A stretch of DNA of 19,785 nt from Candidatus Krumholzibacteriia bacterium (GCA_036351155.1 JAZBOO010000392.1:1-19785); one strand, 5' to 3'; counted from the first letter of the stretch, positions 7,047 to 15,908 are shown. Program-made: numbers and translations. Notes: generated from the sequence alone by a model not told the origin.

Positions 7047-8588
7047 TTAGCGCAAGTACTGCATCAAGTTGGACTGATAGAGCTGACTGGTCACCACCAG
7101 GCTGGCCTGATAGCTCGTTTCCGCCCGACTCAGTTCCGAGGCCACAGCGGCCACGTCAGCATCCTGTTCCAGGGAAAGGTTGCTCCGCAACCGTTCGTCC
7201 CTCTGGCGCAGGATTTCCTCGGACCAGTCCAAATCCCTTTGGCGGCCCCCGTTTTTCATCATCATCTGAAAGACGGTGTCTTCGATGTTTTTCAGCTCGG
7301 TCATCACACCACGAATGGCGTTCTTGTCTCCCGAATGCAGGTGGGCCTTGAGATCTTCGAGCATTCCGAAGAGCCGGGAAGGCGAACCCGTACCCGCCAC
7401 CCCCAGCAACGACGCCGTGTTGGTGGCATCGGCACTTTCGACCTGGAACTGGTCCGGGGTATCTCCGATCATCACCAGGGTGGAATCTCGAATCTCCAGC
7501 TGCATCCCGGGGATTGATCCGTTGAAAATTGTTTGCAAATCCCCGAGCGTGGCCGCGGAACTCAAATCCACGGTGGTGGTTGTGCCTTGCCAGGTCACAT
7601 CGATGGCTCCGAGAGGCAAGCCCCCGTTGATGGAGGCAATGTCCGCCAGACTGGTGGTCAATTCCGCGTTGGGCCGAATGTCGTTACCGCTCAGAACATT
7701 GCCCGAACTGGTGTTGTTGATACCCAGACTGGCTGCGGTATTGCCATCACCGACTTCGGTCACAGAAACCGGGGCCAGGCCGGTGAATGCGAGCCCGTTG
7801 CCCTGGGAGTTGAGGCCTGCGGTGATGGTCCCACCGGTGGCGGTGTTGACCATGGTGATGACATCGTTGATGGTCGTGGCCGAACTGACATCGATCTCGA
7901 AAGTGGTCCCGGCACCGTCGGAAACCGCGATCATTCCTGGCTGCCACCCCGTCCCCAGAGAAATGCTGCTCAGCGGAGTGGTCAGATCGAGCTGAGGCGC
8001 CAGGTCCACACCACCGGTCAACAAGCTGCTGGAAGTCCCCTGAAAAACGTGGCCCGGGATATTGACGGCCATGGTGCTGTTGGGCCCGGTGCGCGTGAAA
8101 ATTTCATTGTCGTCGCCCTGATAGACCACCATGCCTCCGCTTCGCACGAAAGCCGGTTCTCCCAGGCTGTGCCCGGAGAAGATGTAATTCCCCTCGATGG
8201 TGGTGTTCAGCACATCCATGAGGCGGTTGATCTGGTTGTCGACCTCGATGGCCGAGGTGGTCATGCTCTGGCCGGTGGCAATGGCAGAACTCTCCCTCAG
8301 AGCAAGGACCCGGGCATCGGCCAGGACTTCGCTGATGTTCTGGAGGGCCACGTCCGTTCCATCGACGATCAGGCGGCTGCGAGTCACGTTGGTCAGGTAT
8401 TCCTCGTTGCTGCTGATCAGCGAATTGTAACGCTGGATGGTACTGATGGCCCGAGGGTCATCGGCAAAGCTATGGATACGCCGCATGCTGCCGGCCATGC
8501 GCTGCTGTTCCAGCATGCGCCCCAGACTGCGGTTCAGGTCGTTGACCAGAATCGAGGAAAGATAACTGTCAGTCACACGGATAGTCAT
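7047..8588 (-). CDS. flgL: Hook-associated protein 3 FlgL (513 aa)
   Basis: IRVT...RI...DDP, N...GNYIFSG...PAF, YQGD and C-terminal DADVA...L...ETSYQASL......SNLMQYLR; follows flgK. Confidence 0.94.
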   Translation of the reverse strand: MTIRVTDSYLSSILVNDLNRSLGRMLEQQRMAGSMRRIHSFADDPRAISTIQRYNSLISSNEEYLTNVTRSRLIVDGTDVALQNISEVLADARVLALRESSAIATGQSMTTSAIEVDNQINRLMDVLNTTIEGNYIFSGHSLGEPAFVRSGGMVVYQGDDNEIFTRTGPNSTMAVNIPGHVFQGTSSSLLTGGVDLAPQLDLTTPLSSISLGTGWQPGMIAVSDGAGTTFEIDVSSATTINDVITMVNTATGGTITAGLNSQGNGLAFTGLAPVSVTEVGDGNTAASLGINNTSSGNVLSGNDIRPNAELTTSLADIASINGGLPLGAIDVTWQGTTTTVDLSSAATLGDLQTIFNGSIPGMQLEIRDSTLVMIGDTPDQFQVESADATNTASLLGVAGTGSPSRLFGMLEDLKAHLHSGDKNAIRGVMTELKNIEDTVFQMMMKNGGRQRDLDWSEEILRQRDERLRSNLSLEQDADVAAVASELSRAETSYQASLVVTSQLYQSNLMQYLR

Positions 8589-8603
8589 GTCGACTCACTT
8601 CCC

Positions 8604-9974
8604 CTAGACCATGTTCATCAAGGTGTCGTACATTTCCTGCACGGTGCTGACCACTTTGGCCGCGGCGTTGTAGCTGTTCTGGTAGCGCACCATGTTGGCG
8701 CCCTCTTCGTCCAGACTCACCCCGGTCAAGCTGGCCATCTTGTTTTCCAGACTGCTCACCACGTTCTGCTGGTTCTCCACCAGGAATTCGAAACTGCTGC
8801 GCTGGCTGGCCACACTGGTCAACATGCTTCGGTACTGGTCGCCTATGGTGGAATGCCCGGCTCCGTTGACGCTCTGGTTGATCAGATTGGCGATCTCTTC
8901 GGCAATTGTGTTGTCTCCATCGGCGGAAGTACGGCCGGTGGCCACCAGGTGGTTGTTGGACCGGATCGCCTCGTTCAGTTCGATGGTGTGCATGCTGTCC
9001 CCGGAAAAGAACGTCAGTCCCGAGCTGTTGTCCGTGCGCCCCTGGACGTGAAGGGTGTTCACTTCCTCGATCAACTGCCGGGCCACTGCATCCAGGTTGT
9101 CCCGGACCTGGGTGACCTGCACGTCGCGGCTGGTCATCAAGCCTTCCAGCCGACCGGGTGAAAGATTCACAGCGGCGTTGTGCCCCTGGGTCATGATGGA
9201 CATCTGATAGCCCGAGGAAGTCTGCACATAGGTGCTCTGGAAATGGGTCACGGATCCACGGGCCACCAGGGTGCGCCCGGCCAGGATCACGTCCTTGGTC
9301 CCGTCTTCCCGTTCCAGAACATTGACCTCGGCGATCTCCGAAAGCTGACTGATCAGGAAATCGCGCTGGTCACGCAGGTCATTGGCCGGCTCTCCGTTGG
9401 ATTCGGCGGCCATGATCTGCTCGTTCATTTCGGCCACGCTGGTCAGCAACCCGTTCAGGTTGGTGATTTCCAGTTGAATGTCGTTCTCGATGTTGGATTC
9501 GAGGTCATCGAGAGATTCGTTGATGGCGTGAAAATCGCGCACCAGGCTTTCCGCGGTGGCCACCACGTTGTACTTGTTGCTCTCGGCAAAAGGCGGGGTG
9601 GCCAGGGTGTTCCAGGCGGCAAAGAATTCGTTCATGGCGTTGCCCAGGTGGTCGTTGTCCACCGACCCCAGGATGGCTTCCACGTCATACAGAACATTAT
9701 CGATGGCCGAGTAGGAAGCCAGGCGGCTGCTTTGCACGCGCAGATTGTTCAGCAGGAATTCGTCCTGCATCCGCCGGATGCCCTGCACTTCCACCCCACG
9801 CCCGATGGCACCGTACGGCAGAATATCCGGACGTCGGGCGGCAAAGGTCACGTCTTGCCGGGTATAGCCGGGAGTGTTGGCGTTGGCGATATTGTGCCCC
9901 GTGGTGGCCATGCCTGCCTGAGCGGCAAAAAGGGCCGAAAGACTGGCATCCATGATGGAGTTCAAGCCTGGCAC
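8604..9974 (-). CDS. flgK: Hook-associated protein 1 FlgK (456 aa)
   Basis: TTGHNIANANTPGYTRQ, G.GVEV..IRR..D.FL, ANDLRDQRD and GVSLDEEGANMVRYQNSYNAAAKV motifs; GTG start with GGGAG RBS. Confidence 0.97.
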   Translation of the reverse strand: MPGLNSIMDASLSALFAAQAGMATTGHNIANANTPGYTRQDVTFAARRPDILPYGAIGRGVEVQGIRRMQDEFLLNNLRVQSSRLASYSAIDNVLYDVEAILGSVDNDHLGNAMNEFFAAWNTLATPPFAESNKYNVVATAESLVRDFHAINESLDDLESNIENDIQLEITNLNGLLTSVAEMNEQIMAAESNGEPANDLRDQRDFLISQLSEIAEVNVLEREDGTKDVILAGRTLVARGSVTHFQSTYVQTSSGYQMSIMTQGHNAAVNLSPGRLEGLMTSRDVQVTQVRDNLDAVARQLIEEVNTLHVQGRTDNSSGLTFFSGDSMHTIELNEAIRSNNHLVATGRTSADGDNTIAEEIANLINQSVNGAGHSTIGDQYRSMLTSVASQRSSFEFLVENQQNVVSSLENKMASLTGVSLDEEGANMVRYQNSYNAAAKVVSTVQEMYDTLMNMV

Positions 9975-9983
9975 GGTGTCTCC

Positions 9984-10517
9984 CTACGCCTGGCGAACCA
10001 GGACGCCGCCTGGTCCACGATTGATGGATTCGGCCCGACCGGAATAGCACCCGGCGGGATCCTGCAGCACGCATTGCTTGAAAATGGCCGCCTCTTCGCG
10101 CGCCAGATCCAGACAAAAGCCGGCCAGCTCACGGTTCAGGTCGTTCTGCCTGGCCAGCCGAACGGCGGTGCTCTTCAGATCGTTGACCGCTGATTCCACC
10201 TGATGGCGCGTGTCATCGGACACCATGGCCAGCAGGTCGGTCACCGAGTCCGGGGGAATGTTCAAGCCGCGATCCCCGGCAATCCGCTGCACATACTGCT
10301 CCCGGGCAATCCGGGACTCGTTGGCCGCAGGCAGATACCGAGACCATTCGGTGGCATTGAAATCCAGACGGTCGACATCTTGCCGCTTCATGTAAGAATT
10401 CTGCCGCCAGGCCAACCGCAGAAGGCGCCGGTAGTTGTGGGTTTCCACCTCGAGGAGGGAAACCAGAAGGCGACAATCTGCATCAATTCGCGCTGTAGCT
10501 TGCCTTTGCGTGTTCAT
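9984..10517 (-). CDS. flgN: FlgN-family export chaperone
   Basis: Directly upstream of flgK. Helical 177-aa protein with L...L..E...Y..L, L...N..N..L and terminal YSG....VRQA pattern. Confidence 0.8.
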   Translation of the reverse strand: MNTQRQATARIDADCRLLVSLLEVETHNYRRLLRLAWRQNSYMKRQDVDRLDFNATEWSRYLPAANESRIAREQYVQRIAGDRGLNIPPDSVTDLLAMVSDDTRHQVESAVNDLKSTAVRLARQNDLNRELAGFCLDLAREEAAIFKQCVLQDPAGCYSGRAESINRGPGGVLVRQA

Positions 10518-10550
10518 CTTGCCTCTCCGGTGAGAAGGTCAACAACCAGG

Positions 10551-11492
10551 TCACGGTTTTGTTTTCGCCAGATTCGTGCCACCGCCCAGGGACTGGTAAC
10601 GTTCCTTGACGGCCTGGACGTATCTCTGTGTTTCGGGGAATTCGGGAATGCCGGGGCCGGCCTTGTCCACATTTCCGGGGCCGGCATTGTAGGCCGCCAG
10701 GGCCAGATCCAGATCCCCATCGAACCGGTCCAGCATGCGGGACAGGTAGGTGGCCCCTCCCAGGAGATTCTCACGGGGGGACCTGGAATCATGCACACCC
10801 AGTTCCCGCGCGGTTTCGGGCATGAGTTGCATCAAGCCCGTGGCACCCTTGGGGCTACGGGCCTCGGGATTGCCTGCCGACTCCTGCATGACCACCGCCA
10901 GGACCAGGGCAGGCTCCAGACCGGACTGGAAAGCGGCCCGGGTGATATCGGTTTCGAAGCGCTCCAGGGTGTCGGCCACCGCGGGTTCCTGCTGGGAAGC
11001 GAAGAACCTGAGTTTCTGTCGCGCGGCCATCACGTCACCCACCGAGGACATGCCCTCGTATCGTGAAAGGGCTTGTGGGGCGGGCGGGCCTATCATCGGG
11101 TGGTGAGGCTGGACATCGGGCCCTGCGGTCGGGTCAGAATTCTCGGCCCCCAGATTGGCCTCGAACTGCCGCACGATCAGGTCGGCCACTCCCATCCCGG
11201 AATGTCCTGTGGCCAGGCCCTTGGCAATTTCCGTGTCGTACATCTGCTGATAGAACTTGGTGGGACCGCTGCTGTTGAACAGCTCATTGTCCGGAACCGT
11301 GGAGCGCATGGCCTTCATCAGCTGGTTCAGGAACACCCCTTCGAACTCCTTGGCCGCCTTGACCAGACCCTCGCGAGACTCCTGTGAATCCTGGGCAGAT
11401 TCGGCCATCCGCTGCAGACGTTCCTGTCCGGCGGCGCCCTGGGCGCTGTCAAGCATCAGGCTGGTGGGATTGCCGATTCCGGGGAGATCCAT
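10551..11492 (-). CDS. flgJ: FlgJ-like rod-capping domain fused to an SLT lytic transglycosylase domain
   Basis: aa ~43-110 (LVKAAKEFEGVFLNQLMKAMRSTV...YQQMYD.EIA...GMGVADLIVRQF) is the rod-binding pattern. aa ~185-300 carry SLT motifs QES, GA.GLMQLMP.TA, AYNAG and ETQRYV. Follows flgI. Confidence 0.9.
   Translation of the reverse strand: MDLPGIGNPTSLMLDSAQGAAGQERLQRMAESAQDSQESREGLVKAAKEFEGVFLNQLMKAMRSTVPDNELFNSSGPTKFYQQMYDTEIAKGLATGHSGMGVADLIVRQFEANLGAENSDPTAGPDVQPHHPMIGPPAPQALSRYEGMSSVGDVMAARQKLRFFASQQEPAVADTLERFETDITRAAFQSGLEPALVLAVVMQESAGNPEARSPKGATGLMQLMPETARELGVHDSRSPRENLLGGATYLSRMLDRFDGDLDLALAAYNAGPGNVDKAGPGIPEFPETQRYVQAVKERYQSLGGGTNLAKTKP
10566..10581 (-). promoter_or_regulatory. Candidate sigma54 promoter inside the flgJ 3' end, facing flgN
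   Basis: Minus strand TGGCACG-AATC-TGGCG with GG-N10-GC spacing, about 50 nt upstream of the flgN ATG. Confidence 0.55.
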
Positions 11493-11500
11493 TTTCCGAC

Positions 11501-12637
11501 CTACATCAAGACCAGTTCCGCTTGCAGGGAACCGGCGCGTTTGAGGGCTTCGAGGATGGCAATGATGTCCCGGGGACTGGCTCCGATATCGTTGAGAACG
11601 CCCACCACATCGGAAACCGTGCTGGTGTCAGGCACACGCAAAACGCGAGCATCCTTGTCCGACACGTCGGTGTTCACGTCAGGTGTGACCACGGTGCTTC
11701 CCGTCCGGCTGAAGGAACTGGGCTGGGACACATCGTAGTAGGTGCTGACCACCACCTTGAGGGTGCCGTGGGCCACGGCGGCCTCTCTCAACTTCACGTT
11801 CTTGCCCACCACGATGGTGCCCGTGCGTTCGTTCAGCACCACCCGGGCCGGCGCATCGCTGGCCGCCATGATTTCGCCCATCTGGGCAATGAACAGAACC
11901 GGGTCTTCCTTGAACTCGAGGGGCACGGTGACCTCGACCAGGCCGGGAGACTTGGCCTTGGCGCTGTCGTCCCCGAAGTTCCGGTTGATGGACTTGGCCA
12001 TCTCGGAGGCCGTGGAAAAATCGGCGTGTCGGAGCAGCCAGTTGATCTTGTCTCCCTGGACAAATCCCCCGCTCAGTTCGACCATCACCGTTCCCCCGTT
12101 GGGGATGTTACCCACCTGAGAATGATTTTTTCGGAAGGAGTTGCCCGCCCCGGCCTTGATGTTGAACCCGCCGATAGAAACGCTTCCGGAAGCCAGGACC
12201 GACAGCTGCCCACGGTGGTCCTGCAGCGGTGTCATGATCAGGGTGCCGCCCTCGAGGCTGCTGGCGCTCAGCAGCGAGGCCACCTTGACATCCACCTGGC
12301 TGCCCTTGGGTGCATTGGGATCCAGCTGGCAGGTGACGGTCACCGCCGCCACATTGTCGGATTTCAGATTCTTGGGCACCGTGGTCCCCAGGTTCTCCAG
12401 CATCGACGCGATGGAATTCTGGGTCAGCTGAGCACCGCCACCATCCCCGGTGCCGTTCAGACCAATGACCAGGCCCCACCCGGTGAGCACCTCCGGCGTG
12501 GTTCCCTGAACGAAGGCCAGATCCTTGATGCGCGATTCACCTGCGCCGGCAGCAAGCCCGACCTGAAGCGACATCAGCAGGGCCACCAGGATCAGGACCA
12601 CACGGAAAGCGTTGCGATTGAGAGGCTTGCGCGCCAT
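11501..12637 (-). CDS. flgI: Flagellar P-ring protein FlgI
   Basis: Signal peptide, then SRIKD...L.G.GLVIGLNGTGD, NVAAV.VT, ASSLEGGTLIMTPL, VVLNERTGTIVVG and DIIAILEALKRAGSLQAEL. Confidence 0.97.
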   Translation of the reverse strand: MARKPLNRNAFRVVLILVALLMSLQVGLAAGAGESRIKDLAFVQGTTPEVLTGWGLVIGLNGTGDGGGAQLTQNSIASMLENLGTTVPKNLKSDNVAAVTVTCQLDPNAPKGSQVDVKVASLLSASSLEGGTLIMTPLQDHRGQLSVLASGSVSIGGFNIKAGAGNSFRKNHSQVGNIPNGGTVMVELSGGFVQGDKINWLLRHADFSTASEMAKSINRNFGDDSAKAKSPGLVEVTVPLEFKEDPVLFIAQMGEIMAASDAPARVVLNERTGTIVVGKNVKLREAAVAHGTLKVVVSTYYDVSQPSSFSRTGSTVVTPDVNTDVSDKDARVLRVPDTSTVSDVVGVLNDIGASPRDIIAILEALKRAGSLQAELVLM

Positions 12638-12645
12638 GATTACTC

Positions 12646-13260
12646 CTAAAAAAGCCAGTTGACGATCTTGGTGACCACACCGGGCGAGGCCGTGTCGTTG
12701 ACCACACCAGATCCGTTGTAAGCGATCTGGGCGTCCGAGATGTAGGTGCTCATCAGGGTGTTGTCCGGCTCGATGTCCGCCCCGCGGCAGATGCCCGTCA
12801 GCTCGATCAGGGTCTTTTCCCCGTTGACGTTCACCATGCGGGTGCCGGCCAGCCGGAAATCTCCGTTGTGCAGAACCTCCACGATGCGGGCGGTCATCTC
12901 GGCCCGGAAATTTCCCGAGCGGGTGGTGCTGCCGTCCCCCTTGTACTTGCTTTCCACGTCAAAATCCCAGGGTTTGACAAAGCTCAGGAATCCCAGACCC
13001 GGCCCGCCGCTGGTCTCCGACTTGTTGTCGGCCTTGACCTTGCTTGAGGCGTCGGCGGTGGAGCTTTCAGTGATGATGATGGTGATCAGATCCCCCACCC
13101 TGTGGGCTTTCAGATTTGACACCAGCGATTCACCCGTCTCGAAATCGACCAGGGGCTTGCGTGCATGGGCCGCGCCCGCGGTCAAGGTCAGCAAAAGGAA
13201 AACCACCGCCAAGGTCACCGTCAGAGAAAGGTGAAGGCGGGTCAGCTGTTCGGGTCTCAT
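12646..13260 (-). CDS. flgH: Flagellar L-ring protein FlgH
   Basis: KAHRVGDLITIII.ES, TARIVEVL.NG...G.R.VNVNGE...LTG..R..DI.PDNT..S..ISDAQI.Y.G.G and terminal WLF. Confidence 0.95.
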   Translation of the reverse strand: MRPEQLTRLHLSLTVTLAVVFLLLTLTAGAAHARKPLVDFETGESLVSNLKAHRVGDLITIIITESSTADASSKVKADNKSETSGGPGLGFLSFVKPWDFDVESKYKGDGSTTRSGNFRAEMTARIVEVLHNGDFRLAGTRMVNVNGEKTLIELTGICRGADIEPDNTLMSTYISDAQIAYNGSGVVNDTASPGVVTKIVNWLF

Positions 13261-13261
13261 A

Positions 13262-14215
13262 TCATCGTCTCCATTCCACCTGGCCGGGGCCCGTCACGCG
13301 GGCATTGACCAGGCGTCCGTTGAGTTCGTTCCGTACGGGGATGGTCTGTCCAAGACAGCCGGCCTGGCGCGCCAGGGCCTTGACCGAGACCATCAGGGTG
13401 CCACGTTGAATCTGGAGTTCCACCTGGTCTCCGGCGTGGATCGCGGGCATCGGTTTCAGGTCAGCCAGGCGCAGGCGATCACCGGCCGGCAACGTCCGCC
13501 CGGCGCAGTTGCCCAGCAGCTGGGACTGTGAGGTGATGGGCTGTCCAGCCACCTCGGCCAGGTCCAGCCATTGCCAGGTAAATAGATCCGGGGTCAAGGG
13601 AGTTTCTCGCTTGATGGAGGTCTGCGCGGTGGGAACCTGGCCGAAAGCGTGGAGCAGAACCATGACCGGCAAATCCTGGCGAGCACCCCCGGACTTGACC
13701 CTCACCCGCACCTGATTGCGGCCAGGCATCAGAGGGTTGTTTCGCATGACCTCGATCTGTATGTCGCTGGTCACCGGCAGGGTGACCTCCGGCAGGTGGA
13801 GTTCGAAATGGGATGCTGGAGCGCCGGGCAACCCCACCGGGACCAGGGATTGAACCTCTCGCCGGATGGCCAGACGAAGGTCTTCGCTCTTGATGAGCGA
13901 TCCTTCGTAATGAACGGTGACGGACTGGGCACCAGAAAAGATCACACCCGCGGCCAGACCGGACTCCACCAGCTTCCGCAAGATGGTCCGCCGGTCCACG
14001 GTGGCCACGGTTCCGGGTTCCCCCTGGCCCAGCAAGATCAAATCGCCCTGGGCCGCAGGCACGGGAGAGCTCACCAGGTCCTTCAGCTGGACCTGAATCC
14101 CGGAAACATGGGCCTCCTCGGGGAGTTCCAGTCGCCACGAGCTACCCGCCAGCGCTGCTGACGTCCCCATCAGAATGACCAAGACCAGGAATGCCGGGAT
14201 CCTTCTAGCCATCAT
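13262..14215 (-). CDS. flgA: P-ring formation chaperone FlgA, long form
   Basis: Signal peptide and C-terminal I.AGDQV...GTLMVSVKALARQAG..GQTIPVRN....R.V.ARVTGPGQVE. The ATG overlaps the flgG stop (TAATG); the start may be 14212. Confidence 0.9.
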   Translation of the reverse strand: MMARRIPAFLVLVILMGTSAALAGSSWRLELPEEAHVSGIQVQLKDLVSSPVPAAQGDLILLGQGEPGTVATVDRRTILRKLVESGLAAGVIFSGAQSVTVHYEGSLIKSEDLRLAIRREVQSLVPVGLPGAPASHFELHLPEVTLPVTSDIQIEVMRNNPLMPGRNQVRVRVKSGGARQDLPVMVLLHAFGQVPTAQTSIKRETPLTPDLFTWQWLDLAEVAGQPITSQSQLLGNCAGRTLPAGDRLRLADLKPMPAIHAGDQVELQIQRGTLMVSVKALARQAGCLGQTIPVRNELNGRLVNARVTGPGQVEWRR

Positions 14216-15006
14216 TATCTCTTCAACCGGTTGACGGTCTGCAGCATTTCATCGGCCATGGTGATGGTCTTGGAATTCAGCTCATAGGCCCGCTGAGCTG
14301 AGATCATGGACACCAGTTCATCCACGGTTTCGACGTTGCTCATCTCCAGGAATCCGGAAGAGGTTTCGCCCATGCCGTCCAGTCCGGGATTGCCCAGAAT
14401 GGGCGTGCCGCTGGCGGGCGATTCGGCGAAGATGTTGCCGCCGCGCGCGGCCAGGCCCGCCGAGTTGGGGAACCGGGCCAGCTCCACCTGCCCGATTTCC
14501 GAAACCGTGGCGTCGTCGCCGGCCACCATCACGCTGACCACACCGTCCCGCGATACGGACAGCTCCACGGCATCCTCGGGAATGGTGATCTCCGGTTCCA
14601 GGCGATAACCCTGGCTGGTGACCACGGAACGGTCGGCATCCATCTTGAAGCTGCCGTCCCGGGTGTACTTGATGGTGCCGTCGGGCATCCGCAGCTGAAA
14701 GAAGCCGTCCCCTTCGATCATCAGATCGAGGGGGTTGCCTGTGGAAACCACGGTTCCCTGGCTGAAATTCTTGTTGGTGGCCACCAGCTTCACGCCGTGC
14801 CCCACCTCGACCCGTGAAGGCAGGGCGCGGCCTTCGCCGTCGACCAGGCCCCCGGGCATGACCTTCTCGTAGAGCAGGTCCTGAAACTCGGCATTGCTTC
14901 GCTTGTAGCCCGTGGTGTTCACGTTGGCCAGATTATTGGCTATGGTGTCGATGTTCAGCTGCTGGGCCTTCATGCCCGAGGCGGCGGTTCCCATGGCTCT
15001 GATCAT
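14215..15006 (-). CDS. flgG: Distal rod protein FlgG
   Basis: MIRAM.TAASGM.AQQ.NIDTIANNLANVNTTGYK....FQDLLYE, YTRDGSF and GFLEMSNVE.V.ELV.MI.AQRAYELNSK. Confidence 0.97.
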   Translation of the reverse strand: MIRAMGTAASGMKAQQLNIDTIANNLANVNTTGYKRSNAEFQDLLYEKVMPGGLVDGEGRALPSRVEVGHGVKLVATNKNFSQGTVVSTGNPLDLMIEGDGFFQLRMPDGTIKYTRDGSFKMDADRSVVTSQGYRLEPEITIPEDAVELSVSRDGVVSVMVAGDDATVSEIGQVELARFPNSAGLAARGGNIFAESPASGTPILGNPGLDGMGETSSGFLEMSNVETVDELVSMISAQRAYELNSKTITMADEMLQTVNRLKR

Positions 15007-15024
15007 GTTCCACTCTCTTCCTTA

Positions 15025-15825
15025 TTAAGCGGTCACCCGGGGCAAGTTGTTCACCGACTTGCTCAGCATCTCGTCTTCCGTATTGATGACCTTGCTCTGC
15101 ACTTCGAAAGCCCGCTGGGCGGCGATCATGGCCACCAGGGTGTCGATGGCGTTCACATTGCTGCCCTCGATATGCCCCTGGGCCAGGGCAATTTCCTCGA
15201 CCGGGACGGCCTGGGCTTCCATATCATCCGGCGCCTTCATCATGTTGCTGCCCAGGTGCTCCAGACGGCCCGGATCCCCAAAATCGACGATCTTGAACTG
15301 AGCCACCTGGGCGCCATCGACCAGCACCCGGCCGTCAGCTTCCACGCTGAAAGATTCCCCGTTCAGAACGATGGGGCCACCGGTCCCGAGGACCTTGGTG
15401 CCGTCGGGGGTGGTCAGTTCATTCTGGTTGTTGATGGTGAAGGAGCCACCCCGGGTATAACGTTCACCTGCTTCGGTCTGGAGAGAAAAGAACCCGCGCC
15501 CCAGGATCGCCACATCCGTGTCACGCCCGGTGGCCGAAACGGGCCCGCCTCGCGTGTCGGTGGCGTGATAGAGCTCCAGAGGACGAACGGGTTGCCAGTT
15601 GGCGGCATCCCTGCCGGTTGGCCGAGGCAGGGCTCCATCCACGCCCTGGGCCTGCTCCCCCTCGTTGATATTGGCCGTGGTCTCGGGTGAGCCCTGTTCA
15701 GAAACACGGGTCAGGACTCCGCGGAAACCCGTGGAGTTGACATTGGCCAGATTGTTGGCCAGGGCATCGATGCGCAGCTGCTGCATCTGCATCGCGTTTT
15801 CAGCGGTATTCAGGCTTCTGATCAC
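15025..15825 (-). CDS. flgF: Proximal rod protein FlgF (266 aa)
   Basis: ANNLANVNSTGFR, TGRDTDVAI.G.GFF, YTRGGSF and QG.IEGSNVN motifs; upstream of flgG. Start moved to GTG at 15825 (MIRSL..) with GGGAGG RBS. Confidence 0.9.
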   Translation of the reverse strand: MIRSLNTAENAMQMQQLRIDALANNLANVNSTGFRGVLTRVSEQGSPETTANINEGEQAQGVDGALPRPTGRDAANWQPVRPLELYHATDTRGGPVSATGRDTDVAILGRGFFSLQTEAGERYTRGGSFTINNQNELTTPDGTKVLGTGGPIVLNGESFSVEADGRVLVDGAQVAQFKIVDFGDPGRLEHLGSNMMKAPDDMEAQAVPVEEIALAQGHIEGSNVNAIDTLVAMIAAQRAFEVQSKVINTEDEMLSKSVNNLPRVTA

Positions 15826-15908
15826 GGAGGCATCCTCCCGGGCACATATCAAATGGATGAGCAACAGACACCGCAGGGTAAACCCCACGGAATCATTGCC
15901 AACTGATC

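Noticed and set aside
7533..10193. Long + strand ORFs (542 aa at 7533-9161, 337 aa at 9180-10193) antisense to flgL and flgK
   Set aside because: Shadow frames expected from GC-rich codon bias; no recognisable motifs, and they overlap clearly identified genes.
10514..10798. 94-aa - strand ORF upstream of flgN as a candidate flgM
   Set aside because: It lies in an alternative frame of the flgJ SLT domain and is Trp/Pro-rich, with no FlgM-like C-terminal motif.
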